DNA of 35,652 bases, from NCBI RefSeq assembly GCF_004010195.1, contig NW_025215188.1, positions 33,638 through 69,289 of the forward strand, in the 5' to 3' direction. How positions within the stretch are numbered: the first letter of the stretch is position 1; each line of letters begins with the position of its first letter. A program made the position numbers and the translations under genes. This stretch comes from Chiloscyllium plagiosum. Its lineage: Eukaryota. Positions 11,983 through 24,550 of the stretch are shown here, piece by piece. Below the pieces are notes generated by a model. The model was given only the letters and a program-made list of their open reading frames with translations. It searched no databases and had not been told where the DNA came from.

Positions 11983-12899
11983 ATACCGAAAAAGGATTCC
12001 TCATCTTGCACTGATAAATTGTCCCAAACGAATACAACTTGTCCACTCAAGGCAATATTGGATACAAGAAAAATAATTTCGTGAAAAATATCCTCACTGG
12101 TTACAAAAGCTCCAGAAATATAGAGCTGCCTACTAGGATGAATCGTGTCCTTGAGCTGACTCTGACACACACAAGATCTGTATAGAAGCACACGAGGGAG
12201 ATTCATTCTCTGTTCCCTGCAGTGAACTGGACGTGTACAGTGAAGAAACCTAAAACAGATGACTGCTAATATGATGGAGATCTTTGAAAGGAGGTGGACA
12301 GCTGGGACCAGTGAGTATTTTGTACACACAAGGATGCTGAAATGTCACATTCCAGAAATGTTTGAATGGAGATCAGTTTGTCAATGTGCCCTGTAGTAAT
12401 GGGGAAATGGGTCTTGGCGTGAGGACTGCTAAAGGTGAGAAAACAGTGAGCAGAAATAAATATGTTATTTTAAGATTGTCGGACTGGTATTAGTAGGTCC
12501 CCCAACGACAATTACTCGAGACACATGACGAAAAATCTCTTATGATGACTGAGATAAAGTGATCATCTGTTCCTTTTGCTGATAAAACAATGTTAGGTTA
12601 GACAGAAAAGACTATGAAGACACAGGAAGACTGAAAACGGCAAAGGCAGGTTCAGTGAGTTGATGAGCACAAAATAGTCTGTGTCATATAAAGTAGAGAA
12701 ATATGAGGCATTGTTCCTTCATTTCAGTCTTTGTAAGATTTCAGGCAATTGATAAATTTTATAGATGCTAGTTTTCAATCACGAGGCGACAAGGAGGCTT
12801 TCGGTCCATTCAGTGCTAGCAGTTTTCATTATTCTCTGGAAACGTTTGCTCCTCTCAGATCCTTGTAAAGTTGAGGAATTCAACCCTGTGATGTGTCAT

Positions 12900-13945
12900 G
12901 ACAGAAGGAAGACAATTGGGAAGAAAAGTTCTTTTTCAGAATGGCAGCGGTTGACAAGTATTGGTGTCGCAGCTGCTCATTTCATATATTAATGATCTGG
13001 ATGAAGTGACTGGGGTATTCTTGCAAAGTTTGCCAATGATACGAAGTTAGGTGGACAGGCAGGTAGTACTGAGGAGGGGTGGGGAGGCTGCAGAAAGATT
13101 TAGACAGTTTAGGAGAGTGGTCCAGGAAATGGCTGATGAAATTTATCATGAGCAAATGAGAGGTATTTCACTTTGGAAAAAAAAACGTACAGGCATGAAA
13201 TCTTTTCAAAACGGTGAGAAAATTCATAAACCAAAGTACAAAGGTATTTGGGAATACTAGTCCCGAATTCTCTAAGGGTTAACTTGCTAGTTGAGTCCGT
13301 GATTAAGAAAGCAATTGTAATGCTGTCATTTATCTCAAGAGGGTTAATATAAAGAAGCAGAGGTGTGCATCTGAGAATTATACAGCTCTAGTTAGGCCCC
13401 ATTTAGAATATTGTTTCCAATTTTGGGCTCCACACCTCAGGAAGGACATACTGGCGCTGGAGCATATCCGGTGGAGATTCACACGGACAATCCCTGGAAA
13501 GGTAGGACTAACATAAAATGAACGGCTCAGGATCCTGGGATTGTATTCCCTAGAGTTCAAAAGATTGAGGGTAGATCTAATAAAAGCTTTAGAAAATGAT
13601 GCATGGCTCAGAAAGGGTGGGCGCTGGGATGCTGTTTCCATTAGGCGGGGACACAACCTTAGGATTAGAGGGGGTCAATTCATGGAGAAACGGAAATGAG
13701 GAGACATTTCTTCAGCCAGGGAGTGGTGGGCCTGCAGAATTCATTGCAGTGGAGCATAGTGAAGTCCAGGATGTTAAATTCCTTCAAGGCAGGGATTGAC
13801 AAAATTATTGAACACACAAGTAAGTAAGGGCTGCGGAAAGAGTGCGGGTCAGTGGAGTTGAAATGCCCATCAACCATGATAAAATATTGGCGTGGACTCG
13901 AATGGCCTTACTTCCACTCCTGTGCCTTCCTGTTTATGGTCTTAT
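12900..13945 (+). mobile_element. Decayed CR1 3' fragment (copied at 16441-17345)
   Basis: YINDLDE..KFANDTKLGG and [20 protein letters not shown] motifs; tail ends ttatggtcttat. Confidence 0.85.
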
Positions 13946-14134
13946 AAAGTGCTCGATTTGCTTATTCAGCTGGAGAATGAAGAAACTGAGTCTGAAACTC
14001 GGTGACTGAATTTAAATAAAGAATTGTAGCATAAATGAGCAGTGGTGCACTGATGCACCTAAGTAAAGAGGTTCGCAGTGAATAGACAATGGCTAAAGAG
14101 GAAGAAACATCTGACTGAATCATAACAATTACTC

Positions 14135-15800
14135 AGGTGCCTCTAAGTCAGCAATAATAAAGGAAAGGTGAGAGAGAGCAGCCCTGCCTGACTGTCGATC
14201 TGATCGGGAATATTTCTGATTGCCAACCATTGATTGAGGCCGCACTGACGTTGTTGGTGCGCAGCAGTTGGATTCAGGTGCGGATTTCCTCCCAAAGACC
14301 GCTTTAGAGAACACATCCGACATGTAGGTGTGCGATATCTTGGGAAAGGCCTTTTCTTGGTCCAGCTTGATGAGGCAGACCTGCCCTGCACATAGGTGAG
14401 CATATCCTTAAGGATTGCAAGGATATCGGGTGTCTTTCGAAACAGTACAGAACGGTTTGGTCAGTGTGAATCACGGATCACAATGAAGACCTGATCAGGT
14501 TAGCGATGACCTCAGTCAGACTTTTGTTTTCTGCATTCAGCGTAAAACTGGTCCTTTGTCATCCGTCTCAACATTGTAATTGTAGGTGAAGGGCTGATAA
14601 CTTTCGTTAAGGATTCACACAAGCTACCTGTCGGCAGCGGACTGTCGTTCACTTCCAGCAGGTAATCGTCAAACATGTCTGACAGAGTTGATCATAACTT
14701 GTCCAGTAATCCATCACTTCGAGGAACTTAACACGTTTTTAAAGATTTGAGGGCTTTGGTCAGTTCATCAATCAATAACAGCTGGTGCAGCCTCTCTCTT
14801 GTGCTGTCGTCTAAGACCTCTGAGAGAGTGGACAGAAACGAATGCGAGGTCGCATAGTCAGTGGGCTTTGCGTCATACAGTCCAGCATAAAAACAGTTGT
14901 TGATCCTCAGGATGTTAGAATGGGATGAGATTAGCGAGCTACCTTCTTCCTTCATGTGGTTGAGCACAGAGCTCTCCATTTGTTCCTTCTGAGGATCGAA
15001 AGTGAGAACGTCTCATTCTATTACACATGTGGACACTGGACCGCCAGATAATTTCAAAGGCTTCCAAAGACAAGAGCAAGGCTTGCTGCCCCTTTCCCTC
15101 CTGGGTTTGCTCCGTGACATTAAGCCCCTTCGAGGACAGCAGCGGTTGCTTCTGCACGCTCTGGTGTACATTCGCCAGTTTTCCCCGTTTCTCTCCCACT
15201 GTTAGAAGACATTTGAAATGAATGATCCTCTTGATGCAGCCCTTGACTGTTTCCTGGAAATTTGAGGAAGACTCAAATTGGACCTTAACTCTTCTCCAAC
15301 CAGTCTAACCATTTTGAGCAGCTCCTTGTTTTGTGGGCTTGGCAGTTTCACATTCAGACTCCACCTTCCCTTGCTGGCCAGCAGGAGGCAGTGGTAAGAG
15401 AGGAACACCGGCTTGATGTCAGTGGATCTGAATGATCCCAATCACAGTCACTCTCATGTCACCTCGCAGCTGAAACGTTCTAGTCCTGGGACATTTCCCG
15501 ACACTGTTCCTTGTGGCAGAGCAGGCCACGTTCATGCTGTTTACTCGATTTGATTTCCAGCACCAGGTCAGTTGTATCCTTTGATCTTCTTTATTCTCAT
15601 CCTCATCATTGTCTTCTCGTTCTTTTGGTGGTGACAGCGGAGGAAGATGGCATCAGTGGTATCTATAGCGGCAGCGTTGTGAAGCTGGAAGAGAAATCCT
15701 GGTGTCGAAAGTGATGTTGGTGTGATCGGCCCAGGTACGCCAGCTAATTGATTTGATTGATCACATTGAACCATCGTTAATGAAACAGTGGAACTGAGAT
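14135..15800 (-). mobile_element. Tx1-like (L1 clade) LINE ORF2 fragment, endonuclease to RT
   Basis: FYAGLYDAKPTD..FLSTLSEVLDDSTRERL..DELTKALKS (14728-14979), DIKPVFLSYHCLLLA (15202-15441), and frameshifted LDQEKAF / VRQGCSLS motifs at 14180-14370. Confidence 0.8.
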
Positions 15801-16097
15801 ATTCAGCCAGCAAGCTTGCAGCATTCACTGTCAAACTGAATCAAGTCAGAGAGATATGCAAGCGTTCACCTTAATTGATGATTGAGGGGTTGTTGATGAG
15901 ATATTGCGACAAGCTTTCGGATGGAATGAAAAACCTGAATTTCTGCAGATATGCTTTTGAGACCGTTCCATGAAAAAGGTGAAATTTAAATATCGAATGC
16001 TGTCTCATGTAACACTCTTTCTGTAATAGAAGCTGAATTTAAATTATATCAATTACATTGTTACATCAAACTACTGCTAAGCCATGCAATCGGACAT

Positions 16098-16231
16098 GAC
16101 CTGGAGAACGAGCTAAAATGTTAGAGCTCACGCGAAATCTTGTGATTCCAATTATACCTGTTGGACGATAACCTGGTTTCATGTAACTTTTGACATTGTC
16201 CTCTCCAGTCCAACATCAGCACCTCCACATC
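16098..16231 (+). mobile_element. Penelope-like terminal repeat remnant (copy at 19257-19391)
   Basis: ttccaattatacctgttggacgataacctgg...ccagtccaacatcagcacctccacatca resembles an abundant shark repeat end that I recall. It is preceded by a degenerate CTGANGA..CGAAA motif. Confidence 0.5.
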
Positions 16232-17534
16232 AAAGCAGAAAGAAGCCATTCAAATCAGAGAGTTCCCACATGCACTCCAGATAACATGAGGACAATGACG
16301 CAGAACCATGTGAGATGGAACAACAGCCCCAACTCTACTTCGACAAGCTGTGCATTTCAAGTGCATAAACACTATTGAACACGCATTAAGCTCGAACATC
16401 TCTTAACCTCGTGTATGGATATAGATATTTCAGAACTGTATACGAAGTTAGGTGGACAGGCAGGTAGTACTGAGGAGGGGTGGGGAGGCTGCAGAAAGAT
16501 TTAGACAGTTTAGGAGAGTGGTCCAGGAAATGGCTGATGAAATTTATCATGAGCAAATGAGAGGTATTTCACTTTGGAAAAAAAAACGTACAGGCATGAA
16601 ATCTTTTCAAAACGGTGAGAAAATTCATAAACCAAAGTACAAAGGTATTTGGGAATACTAGTCCGGGATTCTCGAAGGGTTAACTTGCTAGTTGAGTCCG
16701 TGATTAAGAAAGCAATTGTAATGCTGTCATTTATCTCAAGAGGGTTAATATAAAGAAGCAGAGGTGTGCATCTGAGAATTATACAGCTCTAGTTAGGCCC
16801 CATTTAGAATATTGTTTCCAATTTTGGGCTCCACACCTCAGGAAGGACATACTGGCGCTGGAGCATATCCGGTGGAGATTCACACGGACAATCCCTGGAA
16901 AGGTAGGCCTAACATAAAATGAACGGCTGAGGATCCTGGGATTGTATTCCTTAGAGTTCAAAGGATTGAGGGCAGATCTAATAAAAACTTTAGAAAATTA
17001 TGCATGGCTCAGAAAGGATGGGCGCTGGGATGCTGTTTCCATTAGGCGGGGACACAACCTTAGGATTAGAGGGGGTCAATTCGTGGGGGAATGGAAATGA
17101 GGAGACATTTGTTCAGCCATGGAGTGGTGGGCCTGCAGAATTCATTGCAGTGGAGTCCAGGATGTTAAATTCCTTCAAGGCAGGGATTGACAAAATTATT
17201 GAACACACAAGTAAGTAAGGTCTGCGGAAAGAGTGCGGGTCAGTGGAGTTGAAATGCCCATCAACCATGATAAAATATTGGCGTGGACTCGAATGGCCTT
17301 ACTTCCACTCCTGTGCCTTCTGGTCGTACGGTTTATGGTCTTATAAAGTGCTCGAATTGCTTATTCAGCTGGAGAATGAAGAAACTGAGTCTGAAACTCG
17401 GTGACTGAATTTAAATAAAGAATTGTAGCATAAATGAGCAGTGGTGCACTGATGCACCTAAGTAAAGAGGTTCGCAGTGAATAGACAATGGCTAAAGATG
17501 AAGAAACATCTGACTGAATCATAACAATTACTCA

Positions 17535-18900
17535 GGTGCCTCTAAGTCAGCAATAATAAAGGAAAGGTGAGAGAGAGCAGCCCTGCCTCACTGTCGATCT
17601 GATCGTGAATATTTCTGATTGCCAACCATTGATTGAGGCCGCACTGACGTTGTTGGTGCGCAGCAGTTGGATTCAGGTGCGGATTTCCTCCCAAAGACCG
17701 CTTTAGAGAACACATCCGACATGTAGGTGTGCGATATCTTGGGAAAGGCCTTTTCTTGGTCCAGCTTGATGAGGCAGACCTGCCCTGCACATAGGTGAGC
17801 ATATCCTTAAGGATTGCAAGGATATCGGGTGTCTTTCGAAACAGTACAGAACGGTTTGGTCAGTGTGAATCACGGATCACAATGAAGACCTGATCAGGTT
17901 AGCGATGACCTCAGTCAGACTTTTGTTTTCTGCATTCAGCGTAAAACTGGTCCTTTGTCATCCGTCTCAACATTGTAATTGTAGGTGAAGGGGTGATAAC
18001 TTTCGTTCAGGATTCACACAAGCTACCTGTCGGCAGCGGACTGTCGTTCACTTCCAGCAGGTAATTGTCAAACATGTCTGACAGAGTTGATCATAACTTG
18101 TCCAGTAATCCATCACTTCTAGGAAATTAACACGTTTTTAAAGATTTGAGGGCTTTGGTCAGTTCATCAATGAATAACAGCTGGTGCAGCCTCTCTCTTG
18201 TGCTGTCGTCTAAGACCTCTGAGAGAGCGGACAGAAACTACTGCGAGGTCGCATAGTCAGTGGGCTTTGCGTCATACAGTCCAGCATAAAAGCAGTTGTT
18301 GATCCTCGGGATGTTGGAATGGGTTAGAAGACATTTGAAATGAATGATCCTCTTGATGCACCCCTTGACTGTTTCCTGGAAATTTGAGGAAGACTCAAAT
18401 TGGACCTTAACTCTTCTCCAACCAGTCTCACCGTTTTGAGCAGCTCCTTGTTTTGTGGGCTTGGCAGTTTCACATTCAGACTCCACCTTCCCTTGCTGGC
18501 CAGCAGGAGGCAGTGGTAAGAGAGGAACACCGGCTTGATGTCAGTGAATCTGAATGATCCCAATCACAGTCACTCTCATGTCACCTCGCAGCTGAAACGT
18601 TCTAGTCCTGGGACATTTTCCGACACTGTTCCTTGTGGCAGAGCAGGCCACGTTCATGCTGTTTACTCGATTTGATTTCCAGCACCAGGTCAGTTGTATC
18701 CTTTGATCTTCTTTATTCTCATCCTCATCATTGTCTTCTCGTTCTTTTGGTGGTGACAGCGGAGGAAGATGGCATCAGTGGTATCTATAGCGGCAGCGTT
18801 GTGAACCTGGAAGAGAAATCCTGGTTTCGAAAGTGATGTTGGTGTGATCGGCCCAGGTACACCAGCTAATTGATTTGATTGATCACATTGAACCATCGTT
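17535..18900 (-). mobile_element. Duplicated Tx1-like fragment with internal deletion
   Basis: Near-identical to 14135-15800. Confidence 0.8.
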
Positions 18901-19839
18901 AATGAAACAGTGGAACTGAGATATTAAACCATCGTTAATGAAACAGTGGAACTGAGATATTAAGCCAGCAAGCTTGCAGCATTCACTGTCAAACTGAATC
19001 AAGTCAGAGAGATATGCAAGCGTTCACCTTAATTGATGATTGAGGGGTTTTTGATGAGATATTGCGACAAGCTTTCGGATGGAATGAAAAACCTGAATTT
19101 CTGCAGATATGCTTTTGAGACCGGTCCATGAAAAAGGTGAAATTTAAATATCGAATGCTGTCTCATGTAACACTCTTTCTGTAATAGAAGCTGAATTTAA
19201 ATTATATCAATTACATTGTTACATCAAACTACTGCTAAGCCACAGCAGTCGGACATGACCTGGAGAACGAGCGAAAATGTTAGAGCTCACGCGTAATCTT
19301 GTGATTCCAATTATACCTGTTGGACGATAACCTGGTTTCATGTAACTTTTGACATTGTCCTCTCCAGTCCAACATCAGCAACTCCACATCAAAGCAGAAA
19401 GAAGCCATTCAAATCAGAGAGTTCCCACATGCACTCCAGATAACATGAGGAGAATGACGCAGAACCATGTGAGACGGAACAACAGCCACAACCCTACTTC
19501 GACAAGCTGTGCATTTCAAGTGCAAAAACACGATTGAACACGCATTCAGCTCGAACATCTCTTAACCTCGTGTATGGATATAGATATTTCAGAACTGTAA
19601 GGTTACTCGGGATTTTAAAGGGAAAGATTGGTTTTGGAAAGTTGTATATTTGCATTTCAAAAATAATTTGCACATCTCTTTATAAGTGTTAAACCAGACC
19701 CACTAAAGAAGCAGGTAGATCAGACCATACGAAAAGGAAGCCAACACGGGATTCTGTCGATGTCTACAGGGAAATGGTCAACTCGTTGGTTAATCGTTTT
19801 GCCTTAGTAATATCCAAGAGGGAAAAAAAAACAAGTTAA

Positions 19840-19943
19840 GTTTCACTCACGGCCTTTCGGGAGGGAAACTGCCATCTTCACCTGGTCTGGCCTATACGTG
19901 ACTCACAACCCACAACAATGTGGTTGTCTCTTAACAGCCCTCT
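19840..19943 (+). mobile_element. SINE-like repeat remnant, family uncertain
   Basis: cctggtctggcctatacgtgactc..acccacaacaatgtggttgtctcttaacagccctctg resembles a common chondrichthyan interspersed repeat, from recall only. Confidence 0.45.
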
Positions 19944-21149
19944 GGACAAGTCAATGAATCCGCTCGAATTCGGGAGTGGCTCATCTATTGTAAGGCCGAA
20001 GAAGTTATGCAGCAGCTTTGAATGGCCCTGGTTAGATCTCACTGGGAGCAGATCCAAGTATCACACTTTCAGAAGGACATATTGCCCTTCGACCAAGTAC
20101 ATGTTAGATTTTCAAGAATGATACTTGCACATTCGTTTTTAGGTATGAGGACAGACTGTACAAAATAAGCCCATTCTCTTTCTAAATGAGAGATCAGGTC
20201 CAATAAAGATAAACCTTCTCCCCTGTTTGGGGGTTCGCGGACAAAGGGAAGTAGTTTATGAATTATGGTCAGTGTGTTCAGGAGAGATATTAAGAAGCAC
20301 TTTCACGCAGAAAAGGTAGCGGATGTTTGGAAGTCTCTTCCACAAATGGCAGTGAATACTGGACCAGTCGTTTATTTTCAGTCTGAAAAATGCGTGTTGT
20401 TATGCATGCATATTTGGAGATAAGTCACAAACACAGCTGTATGAAGTTACCTTACAGTTCAACCAATGAATGACAGATTAGGCTTGAGGTAGCTGAATGG
20501 CCAGTTGCTATATTCCTTTGAGTATTAAATGCGTCTGTGCTGGACAAGGCAATGAATGCTCTCGAATTCGGGAGTAGCTCATCTATTGTAAGGCAGAAGA
20601 AGTTATGCAGCAGCTTTGAATGACCCTGGTTAGATCTCACTGGGAGTACAGGGAGCAGATCCAAGTATCACACTTTCAGAAGGATATATTGCCCTTCGAG
20701 TAAGTACATGTTAGATTTTCAAGAATGATGCTTGCACATTCGTTTCTAGATATGAGGACAGACTGTACAAAATAAGCCCATTCTCTTTCGAAATGAGAGA
20801 TCAGGTCCAATAAAGATAAACCTTCTCCCCTGTTCGGGGTTTCGCGGACAAAGGGAAGTTGTTTATGAATTATGGTCAGTGTGTTCAGAAGAGATATTAA
20901 GAAGCACTTTCATGCAGAAAAGGTAGCGGATGTTTGGAAGTCCCTTCCACAAATGGCAGTGAATACTGGACCAGTCGTTTATTTTCAGTCTGAAATAGAT
21001 GCGTGTTGTTATGCATGCATATTTGGAGATAAGTCACAAACACAGCTGTATGAAGTTACCTTACAGTTCAACCATTGAATGGCAGATTAGGCTTGAGGGA
21101 GCTGAATGGCCAGTTGCTATATTCCTTTGAGTATTAAATGTGTCTGTGC
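19942..21149 (+). repeat. Tandem duplication (~598-bp period) of a decayed CR1 3' end
   Basis: Units 19942-20539 and 20540-21149 start ctggacaag and end gtctgtg(c). They contain the CR1 C-terminal motif FRRDIKKHFHAEKVADVWKSLP. Confidence 0.93.
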
Positions 21150-21190
21150 GTAGATTTGTTCCTATATCACAGTATGACTGTATTTCAAAT

Positions 21191-21270
21191 TGTGTGTATG
21201 TGTGAGTGTGTGTGTGTGTATGTGTGTGTGTGAGAGAGAGAGAGAGGAGCGAGAGAGGGAGAGAGAGAGT
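21191..21270. repeat. Compound (TG)n(AG)n microsatellite
   Basis: Directly visible. Confidence 0.95.
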
Positions 21271-21299
21271 GGGAGGGGTTGTGTTAATGTGTAAGTGAG

Positions 21300-22031
21300 C
21301 AGTTGTCTTCTTGAAGCAAGTGGAGAGACGGTTGGAAGATGTCAGTAAACACATCCGCCGGTTTGTCCATGCAGGATTTAAGTGCATGGCCAGGGACTCC
21401 ATTATGGCTCATCGCTTTGCTTGGGTTGACTCTCAGGAAGACTGTTCTCATGTTTGCAGTGGTGACAAAGGGAGTAGGTGCGTTGGGGATGTTGAGGCAG
21501 ACATCACTACACCACTGGCATTCTGCTCAAAATAAGCATAGCATTGAGCGCTTCAGGGAGGTATGTGTCTTCGTCCGCTGTCTTGCTCTGCTTCAGTTTT
21601 TATCCCGTCACATTGGTTAAGCCTTGCCAGAGGTGGCTTGATTCTGTTTTGCAGGGTTGAGCCTCTATCTTTGCCTGGTGCTCTCCTTTGGCATCCCTGA
21701 TGACTTTAGGGAGGTCATCTCCACTTTCCCTGTGCTGGATTGCAACTCGAATGCTGCTTGCGTGGCTTTCGGTAAGGAGTAGATTTCTTGGTTTATCCAA
21801 GGTCTACGATTATGGGACACTCAGATTGAGTTCTTTGGTAAGCAATACTCCACATATTTGCTTTTGAAGTCTGTGACGGTGGTGGTGTACTCAACCAGGT
21901 TTTCTGCTGCGTACTTGGATACGTCTCGTCCACCACATCCAATCGGTTCTGGGGACCGTATTCCAACGCATCAGAACTAGCATTGTACTGCCTTTGTGAA
22001 GTGTTATCCCATTTGAACTTCTGCTTGTAAG
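21300..22031 (-). mobile_element. Rex1/Babar-clade LINE fragment
   Basis: Homologous to 34050-34831; remnants of GVPGHAL, VFTDIF and TCFKKTT. Confidence 0.7.
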
Positions 22032-22032
22032 T

Positions 22033-22335
22033 TGTTTCCACGCATATGAGAGACTAGAAGCTAAGGAAACAGGCTCAGACCTTGGAATGTAGATGACAAT
22101 GAATTTCTTCAGTCTATCTGTGGTTAATCGATGGAAATCGTCGTCAAATACGTCTGTGGAGACCAGGGCATTGAATATATTTAGGACAGATATATATGGA
22201 TTTGTTATTGGCAAGGGGATCAAAGACAATGGAGAGAAGACTGGAAAATGGAATGGAGAAACAGAGCATTCATGATTGAATGGCACAGCAGACTCGATGG
22301 GATGAGTACCCTAATTATGCCCCAATATCATAAAA
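22033..22335 (+). mobile_element. CR1 3' end remnant abutting the Rex1 fragment
   Basis: NFFSLSVVNRWKS..ALNIFRTDIYGFVIGKGIK (ORF 22093-22275), then a tail-like gattgaatggcacagcagactcgatggg. Confidence 0.75.
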
Positions 22336-22639
22336 ATATTGATGTATGGACACAAGCTGCGGTAACATAAAACATATTTATATATTACATGTGTGGTTGA
22401 AACATACACAAAAGAGCTGTCATCCAGCCTTTTATAAAGGTTTCCACTGTCTTGTTCAGTTCGAAGCACAGGTGTTTGAACAAAAGTAACAGTTCAGCTT
22501 TCATGGTTCAGGAAGTAGACGTAATGATTTTTGGATCTTTTGCAAATTCTCAGAAATGCACCATTGTGAGTAATTTGTGCACCATGTCTTGCTGTATGGT
22601 TCACTTGCCTTTTTTCATTCGAAGCAATCTCATGTTTAT

Positions 22640-23972
22640 AGAGAAATATATCCACACCGAGAGGGCCACGGAGCCATACCCACATCCTCACGCACCCACC
22701 AAGACAGAGACACACAAAATACATCCACGCACAGAAATACAGTCAAAGTGGGATACTGGAGCATGGTGACAAACAGAAACAGGAACACACCCAAACACAC
22801 ATACACATTTGTACATGCACAAAAACACCATGAAATGAAATGATAGAACATACCGAAACACCAACTGTAGAAACATTCTCAAACCCTCAAAAGAAACACA
22901 GGAAAACAATCAGACTGCAGTTTGGGAACACACCAATACACTGACACATTAATGCAACCACACCCACACAGACAGACAGACACACACACACAAACAGACA
23001 TACTGAGAGATATAGGATCATACCAATGGACAGGCAGAATGAACACACACAGAAATGCAGTCATATTGACACATAAGAACAAATCTACACACACATTCAT
23101 AAAACAGTCGTGCTTTGACATGGGAACACATGTGCACACAGGTGCAGAATCACACCCACGACCTCACATATAGATATGAATTCAGAGTGAGTGACATTAT
23201 ACACCAAACTGCAAGAACTGACAGAAAACAAATGATATACATGCATGAGCACATTAAAGGGTTGTTACAGAACCACAAATGTAAATACATACAGGCACAG
23301 AGTGACATTCAGAAACAAAGTGATGCACCCACAAGACAGGCATAGAGAGATTCTGCTTGGGGCGCAGAAAGATCTTGGCACATATACAGCCAGCCAAACA
23401 CAGCCTCAATAACACTATCACCGAGATAAACAGGAGCACAGCCAGGCAAAAACACACACGCACTCCCACAATTGTACACCTAAACTCAATGAAAAACGCA
23501 CAAGGAGTCACAGAACTATCATGATATTATGACAGTAACACACAGAATCACAGTCGTACAGCCATAACATTGTAAGCCCACAAACAGCATTCACACAGAG
23601 AGAACACAGCAAACGCACATGTGCAAAACACACAGATTCACAATCACACAGGCACAATAACAGACACATTAAAAGACTCAAATTCACGGAAACACTCTCA
23701 TGCAGACTGAATAACACGCCCAAATAAATAAACACAGTAATGTAGAATCATTGAAATACTTGCAACACACACAAGTGGAAACGCACACACTGTCACACAC
23801 AGGGACATACCCGAGCACAATAACCAGGGACACACACAGTAACATTCCCACAAAAGCAATGAAGCAAAACCAACAGAGACACACAAAAACTGAAAGGGAA
23901 CTACATGAAAAACACAGTGCTCAAAGGTATGGGGAAAGAGAGAGAAAGAGGGAGAAGATTAATGTTCAGGAG
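22640..23972. repeat. CA/ACAG-rich low-complexity tract (degenerate microsatellite)
   Basis: A/C-rich + strand with many acacac/acaga units; the ORFs are compositionally biased (T/H/Q on plus, V/C on minus). Confidence 0.85.
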
Positions 23973-24209
23973 NNNNNNNNNNNNNNNNNNNNNNNNNNNN
24001 NNNNNNNNNNNNNNNNNNNNNNNNNNNNNNNNNNNNNNNNNNNNNNNNNNNNNNNNNNNNNNNNNNNNNNNNNNNNNNNNNNNNNNNNNNNNNNNNNNNN
24101 NNNNNNNNNNNNNNNNNNNNNNNNNNNNNNNNNNNNNNNNNNNNNNNNNNNNNNNNNNNNNNNNNNNNNNNNNNNNNNNNNNNNNNNNNNNNNNNNNNNN
24201 NNNNNNNNN
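23973..24209. other. Assembly gap (237 N)
   Basis: Run of N. Confidence 1.
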
Positions 24210-24550
24210 AATCCTGACATTACAATTATGTTAAAACTGAATAACATGCGATTTTCCGAAAGAGTGGGCGAACTAGGTATGAAGGGCTGAACGGCCTGCT
24301 GCTGCTCATTGTCTGGGTGTCCCCGTGTGCCTCCAACCGTCAGTCAATCAGGGATAACAGCGTGTTCCTGAGCATGTTGATTGGTAACCCATACTGCCTC
24401 CCCCTCCCCATCCACTGCTGGTGCTATAGTCAGATCCATGTCATTGCACTGATGGAATCCTGGCCATACATGAACAAGTCCTACATTGGGAACACTGCGG
24501 CCATGTCTGAGCATCTCTTTGTTGTTTTGCAGAGTCATGAAGTGAACAGT

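Larger units (their letters stand above)
5900..12880. repeat. Gene-unit A: old segmental duplicate of 26230-30425 (GPCR intron, exon 1, promoter, upstream)
   Basis: Collinear anchors: ttgttgcacttgagaagatg (5917/26239), gcagtaaacctcttcctg (7941/28047), aaacaaattg..tgattacataaa (8323/28446), tttatacctgctg (8851/29014), tgaagaaacctaaaaca (12241/29826), ctctcagatc..aaa.ttgaggaa (12853/30396). Confidence 0.9.
13040..19599. repeat. Tandem duplication: 13040-16440 (3401 bp) and 16441-19599 (3159 bp)
   Basis: Both units start tacgaagttaggtggacagg and end gatatttcagaactgta, and give identical ORF translations (13051/16452). Unit 2 lacks ~277 bp (14925-15201) and has a 36-bp internal duplication (18891-18962). 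Confidence 0.97.

Noticed and set aside
10562..12014. Long RT-like ORFs as a functional reverse transcriptase gene or novel RT system
   Set aside because: This is an ordinary 5'-truncated CR1 ORF2 broken by stops and frameshifts.
18891..18962. 36-bp direct repeat, CRISPR-like in length
   Set aside because: Only two adjacent copies with no spacer, in a eukaryotic context; a simple micro-duplication absent from the sister unit.
22452..24290. Many overlapping Cys/Val- or Thr/His-rich ORFs, some spanning Ns
   Set aside because: Artefacts of CA-rich low complexity and the assembly gap.
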